A stretch of 64,000 bases of DNA from Haliotis cracherodii. Taxonomy: Eukaryota. The stretch is from NCBI RefSeq assembly GCF_022045235.1, contig NW_027266264.1, forward strand, positions 9,486,001-9,550,000, in the 5' to 3' direction. Shown one piece after another: positions 1 to 11,390 of the stretch. Within the stretch, counting starts at the first letter, position 1, and the number at the start of each line of letters is the position of its first letter. Under the pieces are notes generated by a model that made no database searches, was not told where the DNA came from, and was given only the letters and a program-made list of their open reading frames with translations. The position numbers were made by a program, and so were the translations under genes.

Positions 1-779
1 ATAAGAAGGGACCGACTGATGCTATACGCCTTTAGGCAGTGCACCTATCGAATTTCACAAATAGCAAACTTAATGTCATAAACCACTATATATTGTATAG
101 GTGAAAGAAATATCTGGTGGAGAAGGATCTCCACAAATATAATGCAGATTAATTAACAGGCGCAGGATCAATACAGTGTTTCTTCACAACACAGTCTGAT
201 AACGAGATTCACGAAGGTGATTACGTACTGAATCACAAATCTCCCGAGCAGTTCACTAGGTGTTGGAAAAGGCGTGAATTTCTGTTGTGGTAGTCCCCGC
301 TGTATTTATTTGTAAAAAAATAACATTTCTATAAAATCATGTTCAATAACGTAAAAACAGTTTCTCTGCCACTAACTACAAATGTATGTTTTTATGAAAA
401 AATATTTTCTTATGAAAAGACCATAGAACCGTACTAGTGGTTGATATAGTGTGTTATGGGCAGGAAACTATTTATTCTTATTCTGACGGTGTGATGCTTA
501 CAGATGTTTAAACTTGTTCTCGTCCATAATACGTGATATATTGTCAAATGACTAAAATTATCTGGAACTCTATGGTTTCACTACAAGTCATTATTAATGT
601 TCGCTTTTCTTTCTGACTATGCACCCATTCCGTCCGATATGGTTGAATAAAGATATAACTGAGTCAACTTCAGTGTATGCATGACCAGATTATTAATACA
701 TGTTTCTAAATACGTTTTGCCAAGGCTATGCTAAAAAACAGTTACTAAATGGACAGTTTGAGACATCTCCTGTGACCTA

Positions 780-2530
780 CAGTGGGTACCCGGATAGGGT
801 AATGGGGGTGGGGTGGGGTGGGGGGTTGTACCCGGGTAGTACATTTGGACTCGTCCCAGCCCTAGTTTTGAGTAGTGGTGGTTATATGCGGCCTAGTAGT
901 TGAATTTTAATACGGAATATGCCTAATGCTTTAAAGGTGTGTATATCGTTTCAGCGGATTTAGAAGTTTTGCTACAGTAAGTTGAGTGGTGCGGTCCAGC
1001 TTGGTTTGGAGTGCGTGCAGTGCAGTGGTACATGTTCTGGTGTTTCTAGTTGGCTCTAGTGTGGGTATTTACCTGTTTTGTTTCTGTATTTTATGAAGAT
1101 ATGATTTTAGTTTTGTGTGACCTGTTTGTAGTACCCTGTATTTATGATGAATCTTTACTTTTTAGTGGCTTTTGGGGCATATATTTTAGTTTGCATTTTG
1201 AGAAGTTATTTTGCCACTTGTGGAAAAAGATTTCCCTCAGTGATGCTCTTTATTTCGTTTTTGGATATTGGTAAGTGAAGGCTTGTAGGCCAAGTTTTCT
1301 TTTTTAACCAGCTTCTGTTTTGTTCTGTTTTATGTTATGGTGACGTTAATATTTTAAATGCGTTCTTAGTCTTTCTAGCATTTAATTCAGTTGATAAGAA
1401 TGCAAAATATACTCTATTAAAGGTCAAGCGATTTTATGAACATATACTGAGGCACATGTTCTGCATCATTTACAAAAACTACACAAAAGATTTGTTTATA
1501 GAACACAAGCAGTCGGGCACAGACTGACTGACTGATATTGGAGATTTAACGTGCGCTTTCCGACTGTAGCGTATTTCGCACACATGCCTGGCCGGACCAT
1601 TTAGTGTATTCCGAAAAGGGTGAAAGCACTTTTTTGATTTGGCTATTTGAGTTTTGATATTGATTATGCCATTTTTGGGTTTTTTTTTGTTTCTTTACAC
1701 TTTAAATTTCTGATTTTGAGGCGGGTAGGTTTAGGCTTATTTCTGGTATTTTGAGAGATAATTTAGCTGCTTTATCGTCGCTTTCGTTGCCGTAAATTCC
1801 TACGTGGGCGGGGATCCACAAGAAGGCTATTTGTTTGCCTGCTTTTGTTAGGTGGTTGGAGCTTTTAAGTATTTGGTTTATTAATTTAGGTCGTTTTCTG
1901 GTATTTTTTGGAGGGCTTGTAGTCCACTTAGGGAGTCGCTGAGAATTAGGATTTTATTGTTGTTTTTAGATTGTTGGTTATGCAGGGCTGAGGCCATGCC
2001 CATAAGTTCGGCCGTGAATATAGATTGGTTGTTAGGGAGTCGGTAAGATTGTGTGGATATAACTGGTTGTGTGGTATGGACTCCGAAGCCTGTGTGGTTG
2101 GAGATCGGGTCTGAAAATCCGTCAGTGTTTATGTGACACCAATTTGGCCAATTTTCGTGTATGTATGCAAGTGTGGTGGTTTCAGCTATGTTTGGGTCGG
2201 TTTGTTTATTTATTTGGTTAGCTAGCGTTGTGTCTATTTTGGGTATTTTGAGTTTAAGGGTGAAGATATTTGATTTTTTGCAGTTTTGTTTAAGATTTTG
2301 AGTTTGGTGTTCATTGAGGTAGTTAGTTATTCTTTGGGATATTGGGGTGAGTAAGGGGTGTTTGCGAGCTAGAGCTTGGTTTCTTGGGCTATTGTTTTGG
2401 TTAATTAAGTTTTGGATGAGAGGGTTTGTTTGGGACGCGGCCGAGAAATTAAGGCTTAGATGTTCCCTGCGTAGATTTAGTGGCATTTCCCCTGTAAGGG
2501 CCTGAAGTGAGGTGAAGGAGGTGCCATGTT
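780..2530 (-). mobile_element. Degraded I/Nimb-like non-LTR retrotransposon (RNase H and C-terminal region)
   Basis: ORF 1881-2597 has RNase H motifs (INTDGFS, SIFTAELMGM, ILSDSLSGL). After the stop it continues as FLWIPAHVGIYGNE (~1780-1830). A C-terminal ETPEHxxxHC motif lies near 1020-1050. Stops and frameshifts are present. Confidence 0.8.
1520..1630 (-). mobile_element. LINE 3' tail fragment ending in (CAGT)n
   Basis: About 100 bp closely similar to the 3' tail at 10116-10210 (...GGAAAGCGCACGTTAAATCTCC followed by a tetranucleotide repeat). Confidence 0.7.
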
Positions 2531-3267
2531 GGGTGCGTGTAATTAGACATAAAACAGATAAAACACAACTTATAAACACAATCATCATTTGGTTCATCGG
2601 AGTTGGAGTATGTTACTCTGCTCACAGCTGGGAGATGCTCATTAATTAAGTGACACTGCTCACACTTCCCTGACGTACCTGATGCTTGGCACGTTTGACA
2701 ATAGCTGCGTCTGACATTTGGGGGTGAACCAATTACCACGTGGCTGGCATCACACATTAAGTAATAAGTTATATCACCAGGATCAGGTGTCTAATCTTTG
2801 AAATGGTATCAATCCCGAAAATATTACTTGTCCATGGTGATGGGCCTATTATGATCAAACATAGCCCTGATCAAGAAAAGAATAAGCTTAACGAAAAGCT
2901 ACCGAATCACACGTACATTCAGGTTATAGAATAACGTATTGAATAAAACCCAAATACCACCGTGCATAAATGGATTTCACTATCAATGAAAAAAAAGCAT
3001 TGTTAATTCCATAGTTCTTCCCAGTCACCCCGAAGACATGGGTTAGCCTTTAGAGCGGACATCACGGGCTCGCATGCTTCTTGCGACACACCTTTTTCGT
3101 TAAATTATTCAATCATAAAGGTAAATGAAAGGGTCAACTGGTCCTTCATTGTCAAGTGGTGTTTAATACCAATTCAGTGGATGCACGGTCAAAAAGCAAG
3201 GCGCCCTGTTTTTAATCTACGTTATGCTATGAAAACAGTCTTAACCTCATTTGGTACTAAATCTAAC

Positions 3268-3529
3268 GACCCGTGAAGATTCCGTGGTAGAATAGGTCTT
3301 CAGAACCCATGCTTGCCGTAAAAGGCGACTATGCTTGTCGTAAAAGGTGACTAACGGGATCGGGTGGTCAGGCTCGCTGACTTGGTTGATACATGTCATA
3401 GGTCCCAATTGCGTGGACGATGCTCATGATATCAATCACTGGATTGTCTGGTTTAGACTCGATTATTTACAGACCGCCGTCATATAGCTGGCATATTGCT
3501 GAGTGAGGCGTTAAACAACAAACCAACCA
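3268..3529 (+). mobile_element. SINE-like family A (non-tRNA head), full-length copy
   Basis: Starts GACCCGTGAAG and ends GGCGTTAAACAACAAACC. Flanked by a 12-bp TSD ACTAAATCTAAC (3256-3267 / 3530-3541). Many homologous copies occur in the window. Confidence 0.9.
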
Positions 3530-3762
3530 ACTAAATCTAACAGTATAAACTATACGTTTCATCTGAAGTTGCGGGTTAATATGTTTACCGTTTGTATTGC
3601 AAAATTCAAAGTTTGTTGTGTTGGTTTTGTTATTCCCCCTTAAGTATCATTATGCTTGTATTTACAGTTCAATTCGCAGTCACGTATAAAATTAATGTGC
3701 TTGTGTATATTTTGATTAGGAACTAAATTTATCTTATCAGTTTTCTGCCTCTGTCTCTCAGT

Positions 3763-4025
3763 TTGTTTGTTTGTTTGTTGTTCAACGCCGCACTCAGCAA
3801 TATTCCAGCTATATGACGGCAGTCTGTAAATAATCTGGACCAGACAATCCAGTGATTGACATCAAGAGCATTGATCCACGCAATTGGGATACGATGGCAT
3901 GCATGAACCAAGTTAGCGAGCCTGACCACCCGAACCCGTTAGTCGCCCTATGCGACAAGCATAGTCGCCTTTTACGGCAAGCATGGGTTGCTGAAGACCT
4001 ATTCTACCCCGGGTCTTCACGGGTC
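3763..4025 (-). mobile_element. SINE-like family A, full-length copy
   Basis: Reverse-complement match to 3268-3529 with a (CAAA)n tail. Confidence 0.9.
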
Positions 4026-4187
4026 CTCTCCCAGGTAATAATATTATCGCGTATCTATTTTGTTGATACTCATATAATTTTAGTTATTACAGTTGTAATA
4101 CCTGAATACTGCATTGTGACACGCAGAGTTGCATCCCCTGGGCGTTTCAGAAGCCTACGATCGCATGGTCGAATGCCAGATCCGCCC

Positions 4188-4722
4188 CATCTTCCCGAGG
4201 CAAGAGAGTTAACTGACTTTAAAAGTTCAGTTTCCACCCTTGCCGAACTAGGCTTGAATTCCTGGGCTCGATCGTAGCGCAACCAGTGGCTATTATGAGT
4301 GATGTCCCTTTTATGCCTCTCCTATGGACCAATCAGATTCCACCTCTCGTATCACTTGCATTTGCTTCACACAAAATGGCGGCGCCCGGTCGATCGATAA
4401 TCAAGGTCTATATTGTGATAAAACGGGTCTTACATCGCCAAGTGCATCAAATCACGTGAACAGCTTCATTAAAAACATGAAAAGACTTGGAAAATATCTG
4501 TTGACAACGAGTTGGCGGTGCACATTCTTTGCAAATCCTGCAATCGACTGAAATCTGCATGACAGTTTACGAACCGCATTTCGATTTCGCTGCGCGATTG
4601 TGATTGGACTATGCATAGACTCGTTAGTCCAGCCAAAATATAACTCCATAGTACCAGCCTAGGCCGGCAAGGGTGGAAACTGGATATTTATAGTCAGTTA
4701 ACTCCTTTGCCTCGGGAAGATG
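4188..4722. mobile_element. MITE with ~65-bp TIRs and a 9-bp TSD (Mutator-like non-autonomous element)
   Basis: TIR CATCTTCCCGAGGCAAG...CCTCGGGAAGATG. TSD GATCCGCCC at 4179-4187 and 4723-4731. Near-identical copy at 24460-25000. Confidence 0.9.
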
Positions 4723-5088
4723 GATCCGCCCTGAATGTTATTCTTAATTTGTTAGCACCATACCCATACGCGTTGATGTTATCTACACCATACTGTTGAA
4801 ACTGGCTTTAATCCCGACTCACTCAATCACTATTATAATCGATGCCAGGACAATTGCTTAATTGTCATGTTTGACATTGTTTTTAACCACTAAACACATA
4901 TGACATTGATCCTAATCATATTGTGTATACAAACAACATCAGTGTGACCCAGTCATCTTGCTGTAGACAAATGTTATTTAGGACATGTTCATGAATTGGA
5001 CATATTTTGGCAGGACATTATTCTATATCATTACCAAATTTTGAAAGTACATTTTGGATGACAGTCAGTCATTGACCCAGAAAATGAA

Positions 5089-8000
5089 TTATCGTCCAAA
5101 ACTGGCTTCTACGGGTGTCGCTTGGATGAGATCAAGCGATATTTCACAGGAAATATCAGTTACCATGACGTCACAATCAAATGACAGCACTTGTCTCTCC
5201 GACTCAGTGCCACAGAAGACACAAAGTTGTCTGACGCTGGCGTGGGTGCCCTGTGAATTATGTCTGTCTCTGGCCACAAGACTGAGAAATGTTTGCAAAG
5301 CTTCATAACCACATACATGTACATGCTCTCTGCCTCATATCATTCATTCACCTGATGAAGGGGTAAGCATATACTCCGAAACGTTTCGTCATAATAAAGA
5401 AGTTGACATCCATAAACAGCTCCGCCAGTGGTGAAAATATGTTCTTTTCCTTGGCCCTCCATGAGAGAGACATCGTATATATTTCACTAGAATCATCCAA
5501 TCATCAGCGGCTCTTTGGTCCCCTGGGGGATACTTACAGTGGTCCCTATGGGGTACTGCGAGTGGACCTGTGACAATCCGGGGTAGAATAGGTCTTCAGC
5601 AACCCACGCTTGCCGTAAGAGGTGACTACTCTTCTGTAAGATACGACTAATGGGATTGGGTGATCAGGCACACTTGGTTGATGCATGTCATCGTATCCCA
5701 ATTGCGTGGATCGATACTCATGATGTCCATCACTGGATCGATTATTTACAGACTGCCGTCATATAGGTGGAATATTGCTGAGTGAGGCTTTAAACAAAAC
5801 AACTTTTAGTGGTTCCCTTTGGAACTATTCTGCAACAAAATCCAAGCGAAGGATCTGTGAGAGAAAATGTCATATGCAGACAATAAAACGAAACGCTATG
5901 TTATTATACATTTATTGTTTCCATTTAAGCGCAGGCCTTCTTCATAAACATAAACTTGACATAACCCTAGGAGCTTTTGCAGAGACGAATTTCAAATAAC
6001 ATGGACTCCAAAATATCTTTCAGGTTAAACCTCAAAATCAGTTAGTGTTACATAGGTTAATTTAAAAATAGTGTGGAAATGACATTAAAACAGAACATGC
6101 CTTTTTTCATTGACAGGTGGAAGATTAACGTGGGTAAACATAAAAGTCATACACGATCTTCATTAGAATGAAGAATGCAGACAAAAGGGTAAACTTTTGG
6201 TGCATACCTATCAGTCTCAGTGCCTCAGCTCTTTCACGAAAACGATAAAACCTTGACGCCTGTGGCCTGTCCGATACTCCATTGTGGAGACAGTATTCAT
6301 TCCTGTTAGTCTTTAACAATCCAGTACATGAAGCTTCACATTTACCACACTGTAGACACTGGTACCCATTTCCCCTACGCACGGGCATGCCACGTGTTGA
6401 TGCTAAGACATCTTCTAGGGTGCAGACCCGCTCGACTGACATGGCGGGAGAATGACTATCATGCTTCATGATTCCTTCTCTTTGCTGATAATCATGATTT
6501 TTTTGAGTGGATGTGGGTTTCCTGGAAATGAATTTTGTCCCTTTTCCCATCTTCGTGGGCCCATTGAATATGACATCCTGGTCCCCAGGACCCGAACTTG
6601 AGTGTGGTGAGGGATCCGTACCGGAACATGCTCTCTCCGTGACATCTGTTGGAGTCAAGTTAGTACAGTTCATCATTAGTTAGTAAGATATGTAACTTGA
6701 CGTAACAAACCAATGATCGATTGCATGAGAACACGATTACACTCTCCCGTTTATTGGGCTTTTTTTTCAATCGACTAACCCGATTGGGGGGTCAGGCTTG
6801 CAAAGTTGGTTCATGCATGTCATCGTATCCAAATTCTGAGATCGATGCTCATGATATCAATCACTGGATTGTCTGGCCCAGACTCGATTATTTACAGACA
6901 TATAGCTGGAATATTGCTGGTTGCGGCGTTAAACAACAAACAGACACAACTTGGGATCTCCTATCCCTGAATCTCCAAGGTAGTAAGCCATGAATATATG
7001 GCACATGGCCAGTCCTGACTGACACCGGTGGAAATCTGGGAGGACTACCTGTTTACTCCCAAATTGTGTTAAGCTACATAAGCCACTGGTCCCAATAGAG
7101 CAACTGCAGGGTTTTACTCACCTCCTTGTTTATCCTCCTTGTGTTGAGTTTTTTTAACCAGATCATCCAATATCTTGATGGTGTTGTAGTTTCGATCAAA
7201 GTCTCTTGAGATGGTGTCTCGGACACTTTCTCCACCTGACCATGCGACCTCCAGCTTGACCCACTGCCCAGACACGTTTAATGACCTGTTGGCCCTCTCT
7301 TCCCAGCGGATTATCTTTAACAGGTTGATAGAATCATAGTATATACAGTATAGTATTTTCCAAACCAACATGTTTCATTCATATCTTCAAACCCGTGTGA
7401 AGAAACCTGTTTCTGAATATATTTGATTCTGTACATTGTGTACACCTGTATTAATGAACACATTTATATGTTCATATATGTACTGGCACCTTTTCTGTCA
7501 TTAAAACTAAATTACTTATCATTCTATGTGACACATCTAGTTGCTGAACATAAGCTCATTATATGAGTCGACCAGTCAAAATAAGTACCTCGAGGAAATA
7601 CTTAGAAATGTTTCGAAAAATAAACCTGTGACAACTGTACTGTGACTAAATACACTGGATAACTACTTGGCAAATGAGCATATCAACACGCGTAATGTAC
7701 AAATATGATTCACAAAATATACCTATGGATTTGGAATTTGGGTATTATAGATCTACATTTCAAAGAAAAGGAAAGGGTCATATTTTCTAAATTGCAACTG
7801 CTTATTATGTAACTCAAAGTGAGATATTCATTAACTTATAGTATTCTGCTATTAGAGTGGCCTTGCACAAAACATGTTGATTATTACACATTAAGATGTT
7901 CTCCGCACTGCAGCTATATCTCTATACATTACCTCCTTCCTTTCTTTGTCTATAACAACAAGTTTCCACTCTATGTCCATTTCCTTATTGACAACGAAAG

Positions 8001-8526
8001 ATGCCTTCCATTTTCCTGATCCTCGAGGGAAACAACTGTCCATCAGTACACAATCCCTAGGCTCCCAACACCCCAGGGGCGGCGTCGAGCCAATTATACC
8101 AAGAACCTTTCCGGGAGGAGTGACGTAGTTTGTATATACGTCTACTTTGCAAGTGTGGAAAATTATGACTTCATTTTCCACATTCCATTCCGAATGCACA
8201 ATGACACTACATTTCTCGATGAAAAGTATTCTTTCGTTTATTGTCTCACGCCTATCTATTTCCCCATCGTGACTGAGAACAAGCCACGACCAACAAAACT
8301 GTGTATCGGTGGGTACTTTCAGGACTGCTTCCCAAACCTGTTTCCCGCCGTCTCTACTGGAGCCTTCCACTATTGGCAAAAGCCTCGCGCGCTGGTAAAG
8401 GCCTAATTCATTTTTGATCCGCCAATTTCCTAGCTCTGGGATAGAACCGACGACTGCTGGCTGCTCTCCATCGAGTCGAGTTCGAAAACAAACCCGGAAG
8501 ATCACTTTAACGTATCGTGGCGGCAT
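5089..8526 (-). CDS. Tandem CBM20 (starch/glycogen-binding) domain protein, spliced
   Basis: Exons 8526-7933, 7314-7122 and 6645-6208 have phase-compatible GT-AG junctions and a TACTAAC branch point near 6658-6664. The last exon (~5300-5089) is tentative; exon 3 could instead read on to the stop at 6125. Two CBM20 signatures: AVVGSIPELGNW...WEAVLKVP...ETINER and GIIGSTPPLGCW...WKASF...EWKLVV|IIRWEERANR. Confidence 0.7.
5345..5400 (+). ncRNA. Putative minimal hammerhead ribozyme motif (Penelope-type), probably degenerate
   Basis: CTGATGA-A, stem II GGGGTA/TACTCC, GAAAC, short stem III and GTC, followed by AATAAA. Stem I pairing is poor. Confidence 0.45.
5565..5800 (+). mobile_element. SINE-like family A copy
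   Basis: Homologous to 3268-3529 with small deletions. Confidence 0.85.
6770..6945 (+). mobile_element. SINE-like family A, 3' partial copy (intronic)
   Basis: Matches the 3' two-thirds of the family consensus. Confidence 0.8.
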
Positions 8527-8784
8527 ATGTGTGTCCTGTCTTGCCCGTAAACGATCATAAACCGAAAAATACGTCAACACATGCCGCCATCGTTGTTGTC
8601 AGTGGAGACACGATCAATGTCAAGGTCAAACATGAAGTAGAGTTATCTCCCTTGTGCGCATTCAGTGCAAGCTCCTTCCCAGCGCGTGACACCTTCGTTA
8701 CACTCTCGGTAGTATATAGAGAGCTCCGCGAACGGGCTATTGCTGTAAGGAGCTTGTCTTCAGTGTTTACGGCCCGTTTTGTGT

Positions 8785-9228
8785 GTTTGGCGTTTGTTTC
8801 TTGTTAAATGCCGCACTCAGCAATAGTCCACCTATATGTGTCGTGGGTGTGTAAAAAGTCTGGTCAAGACAATCCAGTGAATGACATTGTGAACACCGAG
8901 CCACAACTTTGGGATACAAAGACATGCAATCAACCAATGAATGAGCTTCACCACCGGATCGAGTAACATCGATTTGTATATATGATTTTTGTTCTTTAAC
9001 GCCGCACACAGCAAATATTCCAGTTATATGACGGCGGTCTACAAATAATTGAGTCTGGACCAGACAATCCAGTGATTGACTTCATGAGCATCGATCTAGG
9101 CATTTGGGATACAATGACATACATTAATCAAGTCAGCGAGCCTGACCACCCGATCCCTTTGGTCGCCTCTTCATTTACGACAAGCTTGGGTAACTGAAGA
9201 CCTATTCTAACCTGGATCTTCACGGGTC
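8785..9228 (-). mobile_element. Two adjacent SINE-like family A copies (degenerate 8785-8960; near full-length 8990-9228)
   Basis: Reverse-complement similarity to the family consensus, ending ...TCTTCACGGGTC. Confidence 0.8.
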
Positions 9229-10097
9229 GCAAAGCATTTAGCTGTTAAAATAGGAAGATTCGAATGACACCAACATCCGCCCACTCTTATTTTGGGGTAA
9301 TAAATTGAGTTAATAAAGCGAGTTCATATTCGAACCCGGATCTTCACGGGTTTGTATATATATGATATTTATTAGGTCACTTGTATGTGACTGAATTATC
9401 ATTTGAGCTAGCAAATTGGGATTTGCAACATAATAAGAACTGACGCTCAATGTTTGGAGTATTTTGTTGAATCAACTAGAATTTAATCCTTCTTTATTAA
9501 AACGTGTTTTTTCTTAACCTTAGCGATATCTTCATGGACTTTTTATGAAGTTCATGTAACGTTTCACACTGTGACAAGAATGGCCATGGGTATATATACT
9601 GATATTTATGCATGCAGCTTTCATATTACGCATCGTATGTGTGTTTTACACTTGACTGAACCTAAATACACAGTGTAAAGTTATATTTCCTAATGGCCTT
9701 TACGTAATCCCATGACGGATTTATTTCCCTGCGTATTCCACGCAATATTGTAAACTGTTCCACTGTTGACACATGACGCAAGCTTAGCGCGATTTAGCTG
9801 GCTGAGGTAGACATGAACCCAGTCTAACAATATCGGTCCTTGATAAGTGCGCTAAACAGCGACGACCCACAATACCACTTCAGTTTACATTTAATGTTCG
9901 AGGTTTGTTTGTATCCTTCCTTTCGTTACATTCGATGTTGTGTATATATATACATTCTAACAGATTGTGATGTAATTGTTGTGACGTAGGTGGGGGCGGT
10001 TAGTATTAGGGCAACGGTTGAGAGGTATGGCGTGTTGAGGAGGGCTGCACCAATTGTGTCTGTGTGTGAGACATTCTCACTCTCAGTTGTGTCCATT

Positions 10098-10565
10098 GAC
10101 TTACTTACTTACTTAGGAGATTTAACGTGCGCTTTCCGACTGGTGCGTATTTCGCACACGGGCCCGGCCAGGCCATTTATTGTGTTTCCGAAAGGGGCGA
10201 AAGTGGTCTGTGCAACCCAAGAGGGGGGTTTAGGGGTTGCTTATATAGAATTTGGGAATTTTGAGATTTGGAGTAGATGCCGATGGGGTTGGGGAGGAGA
10301 ACTAAGGGAGCTGGGTATGGTGGATGTTTGTTTGTTTATGTGATTTTGATTTGGTAGGTTATTGTGTTTTTAGATGCGTTTTACTAGTTCCGTTTTTATT
10401 AAGAATACGCCTAAGGCCTTGAAGTTTTCTAGTTTATTTTGTGGGTTTAGTATTGCTTCTAGAGTGAGAGCCTTGTTTAGTTTGAGGGTGGTTTGTAATG
10501 CGGTTCGATGTGTTAGGTAGTGTGTGCAGTGGATGAGTGCGTGTTCTGGGGTTTCTGGATATCCA
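10098..10565 (-). mobile_element. 5'-truncated I/Nimb-like LINE 3' end
   Basis: Encodes ETPEHALIHCTHY...FLIKTELVKRI*, then a 3' UTR, a conserved tail and (TAAG)n. Related to 780-1050 and 1520-1630. Confidence 0.75.
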
Positions 10566-11058
10566 TTGATTTCACCACAGACTTATATATACGTCGAAAA
10601 AATGTACAGATTGTTTCATCCTGTGTTCCTGCTGTAATTCCTACAACAGGAAGCGATGCTTGGCGTTATAGTGAACTCATTCCAGTCTAATTCTGGACAG
10701 TGAAAGTAATTAACGGTGTATAAACGAATGCGTTTCCGTTCTGCTCCACAGTGAAATGCTGTGCATACTTCGTGTCGTCTGCCAACTGGCACCGCGTCTC
10801 TTCAAAAATCTACTCACTCGCTTTAGTGAATATCTAGACTTTTCTTTGGTACATTATGCTTGTATGCCTGAATGAAAGTTAAACGATTTGTTTTTTTAAA
10901 TGTTTCACCAATGACACTATGTGAATAATAATCGTGAATGCCATAGCGTACACATGCACTTAATTGTACTTCTATACCGCGGAGTTGGAGATCTGGCTTC
11001 GTAAACATCCTGGCTGTAACATGAAGCAGTCCATGCTTGCTGTAACATGAAGCAGTCC

Positions 11059-11281
11059 ATGCTTGCTGTAAAAGGCGACGATGCTTGTCGTAAGAGGTGA
11101 CTAACGGGATCGGGTGGTCAGGCTCGCTGACTTGATTGATACATGTCACCGATCCCAATTGCGTGGATCGATGTCCATGTTGTTAATCACTGGATTGTCT
11201 GGTCCAGTCTCGATTGTTTACAGACCGCCGTCATATAGATGGAATATTGCTGAGTGCGGCGTTAAACAACAACCAAACAAA
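11059..11281 (+). mobile_element. SINE-like family A copy, 5' truncated
   Basis: Matches the consensus from CCATGCTTG onward. Confidence 0.85.
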
Positions 11282-11390
11282 GTAACATGAAGCTGGTATT
11301 CTGATTGATTGATTTCTTGAAGGGATTATTTGTGAAAACACATTTTGAGCGTATATCGTTTTGCTCACAATCTCAAGCTATCTTGTGGCC

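Noticed and set aside
3729-4649. Short ORFs overlapping SINE and MITE copies (also 10823, 17292, 21512, 24558-24927 and 38096-38424)
   Set aside because: They are chance ORFs in non-coding repeats, and their frames are not maintained between copies.
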